DNA of 64,000 nt from Vicugna vicugna (lineage: Eukaryota). Both the position numbers and the translations under genes were made by a program. Each line of letters opens with the position of its first letter. Within the stretch, counting starts at the first letter, position 1. Where the stretch lies: positions 2,790,911 to 2,854,910 of the forward strand of contig MU058531.1 of NCBI GenBank assembly GCA_013265495.1. Direction: 5' to 3'. Under the pieces are notes generated by a model, which saw nothing but the letters and a program-made list of their open reading frames with translations, made no database searches and was not told where the DNA came from. Of the stretch, positions 38,098 through 50,944 are shown one piece after another.

Positions 38098-39222
38098 GTG
38101 AGGCCCCTCTCAGGTCTTTGACTGCCCTAGACCAGGCCCATCTATCTGACTGGAGTACTCTTCCAGACAGGCGAGGAATGCCATTACTAAACTATCAACC
38201 GTACGATCCAACTTAAAATTCCCCAAACTGTCTTTGGATGTTTTGTAGACTCTGCCTTCATGACAAAAACAGACTGGTTCTTTATAGGTTGCCAAGGAAA
38301 CCACTCGATTGGCTTCCTAATGCACTGTGATCAAAATGAATTAACTGGAGCTCTTGAAAAGGGAATATATTTTACCATGATCCTGACTCTTTTCCAGCTA
38401 ATCTCTAGGGCTCAAGGTTCTACAATACATCAAGCACGTTGCAGAAATCAGGCACCCAGGTGTCCCCTAAGATCCAGCTACAGTCTGTTCAAAGTGGCAG
38501 GTAGCGGTGGTGGGAGGATTGGTGACTTCCCAGGGAGAAATCTTCCTTGCTTTGTAATTTCTTAAAACTACTCATTTGAGGGGTGGGAGGGGAGAGAGGA
38601 GGATAAATGGGCTCTCTGGGGGAAGGGAGAAGAAATGAAAACATGGAACAGAATAAGAGTGAGTGACAGACTAACCCAGTAAGCCCAGGCCCATTGTCGA
38701 CCATGGTTCTGCTCTCAGCGTCAACAATATTTGCATCTCTTAGATTAACATTTCTTAAAGTGTGATTTCCTAACCATGTACATCAGAACCTGTCCAGGTT
38801 CTCTGCAGGCACGGATGGCCTGGGAATCTTCACTAGAACAAGCTTCCACACGGATTACTTTGTCATGTTCCATGTCTCCCCTTGCCTCTCTGGGAATGGC
38901 TCCTCCCACAGGGTCCCTGTGATGAGCCATCCTGTGACCTGTGTCCCTGCTCTCCTGGCTAGAGCCGAGTGGTCCAGTGGTGGACAAAGGGGCCAAGATG
39001 GGGCAACCAATCCTTCCCACATTTGGAAGAAGATGAGGCTACATTATAACAAATGCTCAGAAAGTGTCCACAATATTGTGACACAGGGGAAGGTGACGAC
39101 TGCAGGAAGAGTGCAGGCTAAAGTGGGCTCAGAGACAGACAAGAGGCAGGGAGACCCTGGTCCACGTCTGTTCTGAGTCATGGTCACTCAGCTGTCTGGG
39201 CTGAGTTACCTGAAGATTCTTA

Positions 39223-39732
<510 letters not shown>

Positions 39733-39744
39733 CTAGAATGTGTG

Positions 39745-40200
39745 AGAGCAACCCCTATTTACTCAATGTCAGAGGCTCACAGCCAGACTCTGTGTCCAGT
39801 CTCCCTTGCAGTTAGGGGTGGCCGTGCAAGCAAGCTAGGCTAGAACATAACGCAAGCGGAAGTAACGTGTGCGTCTCTTCAAGCCCCGGCCCATAAAACC
39901 CTCTCATGTAGGAGTCCCTGTGTGCCTTTCTCTTCCGGATGCAGAAGAAAACGTCCTGAAGATGGCAGAGCAAAAGATGGAAGGACCAGGTTCACGAGGC
40001 ATTACTTGGAAGAGGGCACTCACCTATAGGAATACCTGTTTTGAATTTATGAGAAATAAACCTCTATTGTGTTAAGCCACTGAAATTTGTTGTTGGGGTG
40101 TTGTTCGGCTGTTGGGGGTACCCTTCTCCATGGGCCGTGCTGCTCACCTGTCTATTCTCAATCCCTTTTGCAGGTGCTCACGTTACAGCAGCATCAGCAT
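39745..40200 (+). mobile_element. MaLR (MLT1-like) LTR remnant
   Basis: tcccttgcagttaggggtggcc...gagaaataaacctctattgtgttaagccactgaaattt. Confidence 0.7.
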
Positions 40201-40984
40201 TTCTTAAATATCTAATTATCCCCGATACTGACTAGGTCCTCTTTGGATAGAAAGACAAATACAGTTTCTTAGCATGTCAAGAATAAACAGTCGAGTGTCA
40301 GGAAGCACTTTCATTCCCATGTGTGTCTTTGCCCAGCTTTCTCTGGGTATCCCGGGCACCCTCAGAGTCAGCCCTATTGCCAGCCCCTCCAGGAAGCCCT
40401 CTTCCCTGTCAAACACCAAATCATGCCATAGCTTTTATGCTCTATTAAGCTTATTTCAGTCTTTGTCCTAACACAGCTAGCTGTCTGTGTGTCAGGACAG
40501 ACTATACTAAAACTTACTGCCTGGGAGAGAGCAAGATGCCCAGCTCGGACGTGAGCCAGCTGTGAACTTAGCAGAGTCTTCAAACCAACCCCCAGCATCC
40601 CTGAGCCTTCTTGGAGAAGGGCTGGAAGAATGACAGAATAAACCTGGAAGAGACGTTCCTGCACTACTATCTGAGCACTTTAGAGCTAATTATGCACGAC
40701 ATGGAAAGCAGTTAATTATTAGAACTTTGTGTTCAAAGCTCAAATGGCTGTGACCTAAAAAGGTCAAGTGAAACACAAGACAGACAAGAAAATGTGTCCA
40801 CTCTGACACTGACAAGACAGCCAAACTCTGCTATAATGGGGCTTTTGTTAGATGGTCATGTGTGCGGAATCCCCTATGGTATTAAGGTGCCACTCTGCCC
40901 ACCCCCCTCCCCAGCGCAAACCCAGGAGTATAAATGGGTTGCTATACCTTGTAACCAGCTTGCAGTCCATGGCAATGTGCTTAC

Positions 40985-41133
40985 CAAATTCATCCAGGCT
41001 GTAGTCTCGTCCTCCATATCTGATTCTGTTTCCATCTTCGGAAAGGATGGGTGGTGGGAAGCCTTTGAATCTGGCTACATTTTGAAGCAGTTGTGTTGGT
41101 TTCAGTTGATCTCGCCAGGTATTTACTCCAGAA
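40985..41133 (-). CDS. MYOF: MYOF exon ~45 (SGVNTWRDQLKPTQLL...YSLDEF)
   Basis: cacag|T...TTTG|gtaagc; 149 nt, phase 2-1. Confidence 0.95.
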
Positions 41134-41858
41134 CTGTGAATACCCCACACCCCAAGTTACCACAGGGCACACAGGTTTTTCTGGGCTTCACACCCACATA
41201 CTTAGAGGCACTGCCATGTAATTGGGGGGGTGGTGGCAGGGAATACGCTCTACACATCGGCTTTTGCCTAGAAATCTATTTAGGATTTAGAGACCTAAAA
41301 TCCACGATTATTTTGGCCTCAGCCAATTGATCCTCCCCCAGACCCCAGTTCCCTCCTCTGTAAAAAATGAGGAGTTTGAGATCACCATAGTCATAAGAGG
41401 CTAACTTATAAACTAGAAATCACAGGCTATATCTCATTGGATACCACAGAAAGACGCTGTTCAGCACTCAGGGAAAGGGCACACCACAAAATCCATCAAT
41501 TTGGAGGGAGGAGCAGGGAATTCCTGCCATCAAGCATTGCCAGCGCTCAGTCCCTGGCATCAAGGAGGGGAAGCTCAAAGAATGGGAGAGGAGGGACTGG
41601 TTCTCCAAGTCCTGCTACCTGAGCCATCCCCACGGAGCTCTGCTCTGCTCCAGGGGCCAGCGCTTTACAGACGCCGATGTGAATGGCGCCCCCAGGAGTT
41701 GGGCAGTGCTACGGCTCTGATTCTCCCTAAGATAATTCTGAGATAACAGTATCTACCTGACTCAAAGGAATAGTGTCTCAATGAAAACAGGCACTGAAGT
41801 GGAGCGCCAGAGCTTCCCCGGGGATTAACTGCCTGCATTTACGCCCAAAGCCACTTAC

Positions 41859-42029
41859 ACACAGTACTGCTCGGGAATGCCGCAGTGGGACCCAAACCGG
41901 GAAAGGAATCGATTTTCCAGATCAATAATCGTCTCTCCTACTTTTTCATCACGGGTAAAGGTGTCGTAATCATAGACAGAAATTTTCAGATCTTTTTCCT
42001 GAGGTAAGTAGCAGCTCAGTTCATACATT
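41859..42029 (-). CDS. MYOF: MYOF exon ~44 ([32 protein letters not shown]...QYC)
   Basis: tttag|A...GT|gtaagt; 171 nt, phase 2-2. Confidence 0.95.
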
Positions 42030-42099
42030 CTAAATAAACAAACAAATGCATGGTTAGTAGTAAGAGCAGACTATATACTTGCTCAGGAGGAGATCCAGG

Positions 42100-42330
42100 G
42101 CTTTACATGCCGAAGCGCGAGTCCCAGCTTTGCTGCTTACTAGCTGTGGGACCCCAGGCCAGCTACTTAACCTCTCCAAGCTCAGTTTTCTCATCTGTAA
42201 AATGGTGATAACAGTCCCTACCACCCCATGTTCTTATAAGGGTCAAGAATGTATAGAAAAGGTGAAGATATGTATAGAAAGCATTTGGCATGGGTGCGTT
42301 GCTTAAAACCCAGTAGTTATGATGATGTTG
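42100..42330 (+). mobile_element. MIR SINE
   Basis: cttactagctgtg...acttaacctctc...ctcagttttctcatctgtaaaatgg. Confidence 0.8.
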
Positions 42331-43734
42331 GTGATAATAAATTATAAATAAAATATTAATTATAGCTTTATTAACACTATCACACAAGCCTATTAACTGG
42401 GCACCTGGGCTTCTCTACCCAGCTGGGAGATTAGTAAGACATAAACACCCTGATTTATAGCACCTTATCTGTGCTCCTACTATGTTCCTTCCTCTGCCTC
42501 GACAGAGACCACTACCCATGGAACATCCCAGACTCACCCCACAAGAGCATGGGGGGCAAGAGATGGGAATGAAAGCTGTGAGGTTCAAGCTGCCAAGAAG
42601 GCTCCCTCCTGATGGGTGGGTTTGATTCTGTATTTGCATACGGGGGGGGGTCCACAGCAGGTGCTCAATAAACTTTGTGGACAGAAAACTGAAAGGCCTC
42701 TCACATCTCTCCTCTCTCCCTGTTCTCTGCCCCTCCTCCTGTCACTCTGTTGTGTGTACTGGTTCTTGCCCGAAAAGCCAGGAACATTAATTCCTTGAGC
42801 AGAAGAAGGGTGTGTGTCAGTGGGGCTCTGGAGAGAAGCTTCCAGGGTATCTCCTAGATAAATCTCAGCGACTTCTCTAGGCCGCTGCAGCCAGGCAGGG
42901 GCCTGTGGAGGAAGGCAGCACAGGAGAGAAGGTGCCTGAATCATGCCCACACCTGCCCCCAAATTCCATTACTGGATTCCAAGGGACAGTTATATGTGTC
43001 CCTTGAGAAAAAGAATTCTTTGGTCAAATAAGGTTGAGAACCACTTCTTTTGGCCTTCCTCTGGGCAAACCAAAGGCTCTGAGAAGTCCTGCAGTTATCT
43101 TTTATAACCCATGAGCCCTGGTTTGATGGAGGAATGTTTTTCCTTGGAACACTGATTAGCATCTTCTGGCAGACTGACGCTGCACTGAATGTGACGTGGA
43201 GGATGCCAGGATGTGCTAACAATATGCTGAACAATGTTCGAGCGGGAAGAAAGGCTGCCCCTTCCTGAAATCCTGTCCCAAGATCCCTGAGGGTCTCTGC
43301 TGAGAAGAAAGTCACCCTGTAAGACTGAGGCCAGGGACTGGCCATTTGAGGGTGCAGAGCCGGCATCCCCTTGGCTCCACCCTGCTGCGTGAGGCGAAGT
43401 CTGCACGGACGCCAGATGGGGATTGGCTGAATGGCTGCTGACAGCATCACTTCCTCCGGGGTTGCTCTAAGCAAGACTTTTCCTGCCACTTAATTAAGCC
43501 TGTGCTTGGCTCCTCTGAGAGGAGCGACCCAGACAGGGCTGCCTTTCTCCCATAAAAGCTGGCTTTCCCCGCTTCCCTGTCTCCCTCGTACGGAGTCCTC
43601 CTTCCTGCCCTGCATGCCTTTTCCTGTCTAGACCTCAGGGCTGGATCAGCGGAAGAAAAGGAAAATGATCATGTTGCCGTGCCAGAGGATTACTTCCACT
43701 ACCTGGTCCCAGGGTGTTCAGCACAGAGCGGGGG

Positions 43735-43806
43735 TATGTGTGTGTGTGTGTGTGCACGCACACATGTATGTCCGTACGCACACGCATGCACACACGCATG
43801 CACACT
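43735..43806. repeat. (TG)n/(CA)n alternating purine-pyrimidine tract with internal inverted symmetry
   Basis: Directly visible in the sequence. Confidence 0.8.
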
Positions 43807-45045
43807 CGAGAGGGAAGGAATGTGTAAGGGTACAATTAACAGACACGACTGGAGAAGAAATGGATGGGCAGGATAAAGCCAGAAATTAAAATACAGCCAC
43901 ACGTCAAATAAGAACAAAATGTTCTCCCTCTCGGCAGGGTTCTGGGGAAAAATAATGCTGTTCTTACCAATGGTTTGTACAAACAACATTTTTCTACAGG
44001 TGATGGCTTGGCCATGAATATGAGCATTACCAGGGGTGGTGGAAAAGCTCGAGGCTGGATCAGGAATTTTTATGTAAGTCTTGGCTGCGCTGTGTACCAG
44101 CTCCGTGGGCCCAGCGCTGGTGCCATTTCCCTCACCTGCCAAGTGGGGCTGCGATGCCCTGCCCTGCCTGCGGCTGGGTTTGACCCTGAGGTGAAAATCA
44201 GATGGTGGCACTGCCCAGAGTGCAGTGTGGCAACCGCACCAATTCTGGGGTCAGGTGGCCTGAGCCTAGGTCCTGGCCCTGCTTCTCACCAGCTAGTGCA
44301 CTGGGCGCTGATTCTCTCTGTGCCTCAGTTTCCTCTGTTGTCACATGGAGCCCCCCAGAGTTGTGAGATTTTTGAGATGTTCCATATAAATGGCTCAGCA
44401 TAGTGCGTGCATGCAGGAAAAGCTCAGCAAATAGCAGCGATTGCTAAATGTCAAGGCGGTCCTCTTTAGAGGTCACTTGGGTTTGCCTTCCCCTTGAGAC
44501 GGTGCTGATGGGCTCCGGGTAACAGTCCAGAAACAAGCATACAGCGGCAATGATGAAGGCCATGATGCTATTTCAAAAATCTCAGGGAACAGAAGACAGA
44601 GGGAGCAGGGCATCTGACCCCCTCACTTTCTGCTCCTCTTTAGTTCTGGTAACAGAGTCAACACTGGCTCAAAACGGTGGAAGCAAAGCATCTCAGAAAA
44701 CGGCTCAAACAGGGTCAGGGAGTGAGAACCTCCGTGTCCCGGCCTGTGCTTCCCGCCTGGAACCACCACCTGACCGGCCTCCTGGGCCTGTCCCAGCCCC
44801 GCCCCCAGGTCTCAGAGCAAACCTCCCAGCCTTGCTTTCATTTTCTTCAGGGCACATTTAGCTTCCACAAAATTCTTTGTGCATTTGTGTACCTCTTACC
44901 TGCCCCAGTGGCTTGGACATTTGTCTAGTTCACAGTCACAGACTTTCAGGGCCCAGGATACTTTCAGAGCCTGGCACACAGCACATCCTGAGCCGAGAGG
45001 CCGTGAAGAAATGAACCACAGAAAAACATGAGGAAACGCGCGTTA

Positions 45046-45168
<123 letters not shown>

Positions 45169-45594
45169 TCACGTTGGGGTGCCAGTTTGAGTCCGCTTCA
45201 GGGACAAACTCAGGTGAGCCTCACTCTCGCCTGCACGCGGATGGGAAGGAGTAGCCTGAGACCAGGTCTGGGCAAGGCTCCCCTGGGCGCCCCGCAGCCA
45301 GCGCGCCTTTGGAGAAGCCACGTGGAGCAAAGAGGCCATGGCGGGAAAGCAGTGACAGAGCAGTTCTCCAAGGTCACATCTGTAAAATGAGAAGGACGAA
45401 CCAGAGGCTCCCAAACCCCTTCAGGCTCTGAGGTAAATCCCTGTTGGGACAATCCTCCTGAACAGACTGTCTGGATGCAGTATCTTTCCCCTGCATGAGA
45501 TAACAGACGCCCAAATAGAAAGAGCATGACAATTACTGCGCTGATGCCTGTAATTACCCTGCTACAGGAGAAGGCCCCACACCCAGACTCTTAC

Positions 45595-45750
45595 CAGGCC
45601 ATTGTTGTCCTGGGGCTGGAGCTCTAAGCCTCGAACAATGTAAATCCTAACCGTGCATTCCTGTGGGACGCTGTCAGGTAATTCCCGAAACTGCCGGGGA
45701 GGGGCCGGCACGCTGGGGTCATCCGACAGGGAGTAGATTCTGAAGGAGCC
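45595..45750 (-). CDS. MYOF: MYOF exon ~42 (GSFRIYSLSDDPSVPAPP...PQDNNGL)
   Basis: cccag|GGC...CTG|gtaaga; 156 nt, phase 0-0. Confidence 0.96.
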
Positions 45751-47627
45751 CTGGGAGAGACACACACAGATGGACTCGCAGGGCCCTGGGGCGCCGGGGC
45801 TGAGGGCTCCAGGGCAGTGCCCTGCTCCCCCAGGACCCACGCGGCAGCCACGGGGGCTGTGGGACTGGGTGATGGACAGCCGCCTTTAACCACGTTGTGC
45901 TTGCATGTTGCTAGTAGGGAAAGTAAATGATAAAGTAATTACTTAATAGATCACAGGGGAGAAGAAAGGGCAGGGCAGAAGCAGGGAGGCCAGACAAGAA
46001 TGTAGGCAAGACGTGGCGGTGGCTTGGACCAGTATGATGGCAAAGGAGGTAGTGAGGAGTGAAATTCTGCACAGTTTTTGAAGATAAGAAGAAAAATGAT
46101 TATTTTTAAACTCAATAAAGTATTAAGGATGATTTCCCTTTTCTTGCATCACCCCCTAGGAACCCCCTCCCACTTCCAGGCAAATACGTGTTCATCCTTC
46201 AGGTCTCAGCTGAAAAGTCACTTCTTCCGGGAAGAGTGCCACACTTCCTGACTGCCCCTGGGATGGGTGTGTTTCCTACATGCTCTCTTCTAACCCTGCT
46301 CTCACCCCTGTCACCGCACTGACCTCTGCGTTATAACTGAATTATTTATTGTCTATATTCTTCACTAGACTGTGAGCTTCCTGAGGTTGGGAAATAGTTC
46401 TTGTTCATCACTGCGTCTCCAGGACCTAACACAGGGCTGGGGATGAAGCAGGGGCACAATACATGTTTTGTAGATGAGTGAGCCATCAGGCCAGCTGGGG
46501 CATAAACTGGTTTATCTGGAAACCAGTTTACATGCAAGAGGAAACACTAAAGCTGGATTCAGAATGTGTGGGTTTTATTTCTAGCTACTTTCATTCCATA
46601 ACGCAGCACGAAGCAAGCACCTACCATGTACCAGGAACTAGGGACCCAAAAGTGAACTCAAGGAATCCAGTCTGGCACAGGGATGTTAAATAGGTTTGAC
46701 TCTCACACCAGCTTGGTGGGCAGCTGTAAGAAGGATTTTGAGAGAGCAGATGGAGGGGGAAATGGTCTGATCAGTTAGCAATGTCTGCTATTGGAAAGGA
46801 TTAGCAGCAGGTCTGCCACGGACCTGCCAACTGTGGTCGGAGGAGGGGCACTCATGAAAGCAGACACTTATGATGTGAAAGGTGCTCTAATACCAGCAGG
46901 GACCAGACCTGTGGGGACCTGGAGTAGGAGTGAGTCACTCTGCCAGGAGCGACCAGGGAGCACTTCACAAAGAATGTGCCATCAGAGCTGGCACTTGAAA
47001 GAACGAGGAGGAGTTCATTAGACCACAGAAAGGGAAGGAAGGGCACCAGGAAATGAAGAAGAGCTTGTCCTAAGGCTCCGAGTTGTGAGAGGACAGGGTG
47101 TGTCTAGGGCTGGGCGAGGGTGTGGTGACACAGGAGACAAGTCACCTGTGAAAGACAGGCTCCACCCTAGGAAGGAGTTGAGACTTGACCCAGTGGAAAC
47201 CCAAGCCATGCTTTTAAGCCACAGAGAAACAAGATCAGATTTGGTTGCATGGAGGATGGACTGGCATATGGACGAGAAAGGTGGTGAGGACAGTCAATTG
47301 GGACAGCAATGGTCCTGCTGAAGCCTGGGAGTGGGCAGGGGACAAGGGGAGGGGAACAGAGCTCGGAGAGGCTGACTCAGCAGGATTCAAGACTGGTAGG
47401 CATGAGCAGGGAGATAGATAGTGAGAATGGCTTTGAATGCTCTGCCCCCACCCTGTTGCCCTTTTCCTTGTCAGCATCGTCTAGCATCCTCCAGATACCA
47501 GAGGAAATGTCCCTGACCAGAGGTAAACATCCTTTATGTTATAAGCCATACACCCTTATGTTATCCTAGGTCTACCAGGAAAATAGAGGTGGATTTTAAA
47601 TAGGGCAAACACACACATTTTACTCAC

Positions 47628-47753
47628 CTTAAACTCTCCTACCACAGAAGGGTCTTCATTCTCATCTGATTTGCCTCGATACAGCTTGAAAGTATCGGAG
47701 AAGTCTGTCAGGCCCTCGAATTCTGGTACGTCCTCTAGTTCACAATTGTAAAT
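47628..47753 (-). CDS. MYOF: MYOF exon ~41 ([15 protein letters not shown]...VVGEFK)
   Basis: ttcag|ATT...AAG|gtgagt; 126 nt, phase 0-0. Confidence 0.96.
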
Positions 47754-47879
47754 CTGAAACCCATCAAGACATTCTTTATTTCTCAGTAAAATACAGATGG
47801 AGTCTAAAATCAAAAAGACTGACAAGACCCAGTGGGCATGAAGATGTGGCTGGAGGAGCTGGAACCCCCACATGGCTGG

Positions 47880-48425
47880 TGGGAGAGCAGGACACCAGAG
47901 CTCTGGAAGAGTGTCTTATGGAGTCACACATCCACCTATTCTCTGATGCAGAAGCTGCATTCCTACATATTCATCCAAGAGGCATGAAAATATATCCACA
48001 CGGTACAAAAATGTCCACAGCAGCTTCATCATCAGGAGAATGGATAAAACTGTGGTATATCCATACAATGGAATACAACTCAGCAATTAAAAGGGACAAA
48101 TTACTGATACACAAGACCATGTGATGGATCTCAAAACTATTGTGTTGGACTAAAGAAGCCACACACACACAAATACATATTGTGTGAGTCCCTTTATGTG
48201 AAGTATGGAAACAGACAAAACCTATCTATGGTGACAAAATATGACCAGTTGTCTCTGAAAGGGATGGGAGGTTGTGAGGAACTGACTGGAAAGGGATACA
48301 AAGGCATTTTCTGGGGGGATGGAAATGTCCTTTGCCTTGTTTTGGCAGTGGTTTGTATGGGTGTATATATGATCATCATAACTCACTAAATGGATTATGT
48401 TATTGGACGTTAATTACGCCTCAGT
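47880..48425 (+). mobile_element. Old L1 (L1MC/ME-like) 3' end
   Basis: atggataaaactgtggtatatccatacaatggaatacaactcagcaat...ttctggggggatggaaatgt. Confidence 0.8.
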
Positions 48426-49305
48426 AGAAAGCTAGAAGAGGAAATGGAGGAGGAAGGATGAAGAGAAGGAAAGGAAGGAAGGAAAGAGGCAGGGAGGGAG
48501 GATGCTCTGGGGCACTGATCCTCCAGACCAGTTTATTTCCCTAAATTAGTGGTCCCTTATGTGCTGGTGCTTCTTAAGGTGCATGGAGATGTTACAACAA
48601 TCACATGAAAGAATGTGGATTTTTTCCACTTTGATGGAGAAAATTATTTGAACGACTTGATACTTCTCATTTTAAAGTCTAGTTTTCTCCCATGCGTTGT
48701 TCTAAAAATGGTAGCATTTGCTTTAGCATTTATTTCTTCTATTTAAGTACATTACAGTCAGAAAAACTGAATAAAGAATTAGAAAACTCAACATTTTAAC
48801 AGCGAGATCACCCATGGTCAGACCTGCCTAGCTCAATAGCTTGTCTTCCTCCTGGACACAGAGCTGTGATTGTACCCTGCACACGTGACTGGATCAACTT
48901 CTCAGCTAGTGAAACCGATGCCCGTCTGCAGGACAGAATGAAGCTTGTTGATATTTCCTGTGGTTCTGCAAGAGGACCATGACTTCTAAGGTCTCCCTGG
49001 CTCAACCTGGACAATTGTTGGCCTAATTAGTGTGCTGCCAACCCAGTCCCAACCTTCTGCCAGATGTCCCCAGGCCCCAAAGTGGTAGTCACGTAACCAT
49101 AAATCAACTGCTGTCCTCAAGCCCCGGGAATCTTGGCGAAGCCAAAATCCCTGGCAACAGGGCTCGCCCAGAGGCCAGACGTGCTCCCGGCCCCTCCCCT
49201 TCAGCACCCAGCATCTCTCGGACCTTTTGTTCTTTCACTGAGCTCTGCCTGTGGCCAGTTTTAATGGATGCTGAATTCCACCCATAGCAGCCCAGGCCGA
49301 GGTAC

Positions 49306-49404
49306 CTTGAGTTTGGAATAGCCTTTCTGAAGATATTGTCCACATTTTTCATGTTCCCCTGTGGAAGCATAGAATTTACTCCACCAGTCAACAATTTCTT
49401 CCTC
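49306..49404 (-). CDS. MYOF: MYOF exon ~40 ([33 protein letters not shown])
   Basis: tttag|GAG...AAG|gtacct; 99 nt, phase 0-0; ferlin DWWSKFY motif. Confidence 0.95.
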
Positions 49405-50049
49405 CTAAAGAAAGACACATCAAAATGGGAAAACCTTTCATCACGACCTGGATTTCCAGTCAATGCAGGAAAACCCATGTGTAACAGGTAAGAGAAACAG
49501 GTCCTTCGGAACCTGAAAGAGGCGAGATGACAGGACTTGTTTCTAAGCACAAGAGCATTCAGGATTCCCCTATCCAGAAGCTGGAGGTGAAATGGTCGTC
49601 CTTGACCAATGAAATGTATTTGGCTCTAATGACCACAGCTGTACTAAGAAGATTTTCTTACCTCCTGTAGATACGATCTATTCATTCTGTTTTGACTTTT
49701 TTATCCTGTTGACTTGATATTTACATATACAAATAAACGAAAACCTCCAGTATGTGTTTACTATTTCATTCTCCAGTATATGTTTTCTAGTATTTTACTT
49801 CCTTATCCCCTTTAGCTCGCAATGCGTTGCAAAACAGAGCTCACTAAGGTAAGAGTTGGAAAAACTGCTTCTAATTCAAGTTCCATCCTTTACGTTATAA
49901 GCCATATCCTTATGTTACAAGCCACGCCAGACCAGGCACATTATTTAACATCTCTGAGCATCAGTGTCTTCATCTACTGAATGGGCTAGTAACACAACCT
50001 GTCTCCATCCATCTCAGAGGGTTGTTCTGGACCTGAAATAAGATCATTA

Positions 50050-50296
50050 GCCGGGGAAAGGGGGTGGGAAGGGATAAATTTGGAAGTTTGAGATTTAGTT
50101 AGCCACTATATATAAAAATAGATTTAAAAAAAAGTTTCTTCTGTATAGCACAGGGAACTATGTTCAATAGCTTGTAATAACCTTTAAAGAAAAAGAATGT
50201 GAAAATGAATATATGTATGTATATGCATGACTTGGACACTGTGCTGTACACCAGAAACTGACACATTGTAACTGACTGTACTTTAATTTTAAAAAC
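50050..50296 (+). mobile_element. Young L1 3'UTR fragment with TSD, inserted in a MIR
   Basis: Closely similar to the reverse complement of 3370-3605; TSD taagatcatta at 50039-50049 and 50297-50307. Confidence 0.88.
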
Positions 50297-50372
50297 TAAG
50301 ATCATTAAGAGAAAGAGCTCTGAACATTATAAAATGTGAAGCCAGACTAGGGAGGCACAATGGTTTGTTAGA

Positions 50373-50498
50373 CCAGTGACTCCCAACCTATTCTTGGAGA
50401 TTCTAATTCAATCAGCCTAGGGTAACACCTGGGCATCCAACATGCTTTAAAAAGCTCCCCAGGCGACTGCAATGTGCAACCAGTGTTGAGAACCTCTG
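50373..50498. mobile_element. MER5-like hAT relic
   Basis: cagtgactcccaacc...gattctaattcaat...aagctccccaggcgact...gttgagaacctctg. Confidence 0.65.
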
Positions 50499-50932
50499 GT
50501 GGTTCTCTGGTTGCGCAGAAGAGACAGCATAATAGAATCACTAGTGGAACATTCTCAAGCCGCAGAAGGCTGCAGTTTATAGACGCCTACTGTAAATTCC
50601 ACTCAGATCTATAGCAAGAATAGATCCGCATCAGACCCACCCTTACTTATTTTAATCTACCAAGGAAATACTGATGTTGCCCAAAGTACAGAGTGTCACC
50701 TGCAATGTAGCCTCCTATTCTGTCTGGAGGGGAGGAAGAAGGAACCACTCCACTCCAGGAAAGTTAACTCTTATCTGTGTATAGCATAAATCTCTTTACA
50801 CATACACCACAGTTATGTCCCCTTTATGGGTCGGTAACACAACCCTGGATTTAAAAACAATTATTTTTACCTATTAGCTCTAGGCAGCAAATACATGAAC
50901 CTTAAATCTAGCAAAGCATGTAGGACAGTTAC

Positions 50933-50944
50933 CTTTTCTGTTAG
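50933..50944 (-). CDS. MYOF: MYOF 12-nt microexon ~39 (LTEK)
   Basis: gagcag|CTAACAGAAAAG|gtaact; supplies the LTEK between LLASK and EEEIVDWW. Confidence 0.9.

Noticed and set aside
42941..44403. Long ORFs of 142-182 aa on both strands in intron ~43
   Set aside because: No recognisable domain; they run through a microsatellite and MIR-like sequence; such lengths are expected by chance in GC-rich DNA.
49104..49550. 148-aa minus-strand ORF overlapping exon 40
   Set aside because: It is in a different frame from the conserved DWWSKFY exon and has no protein-like features.
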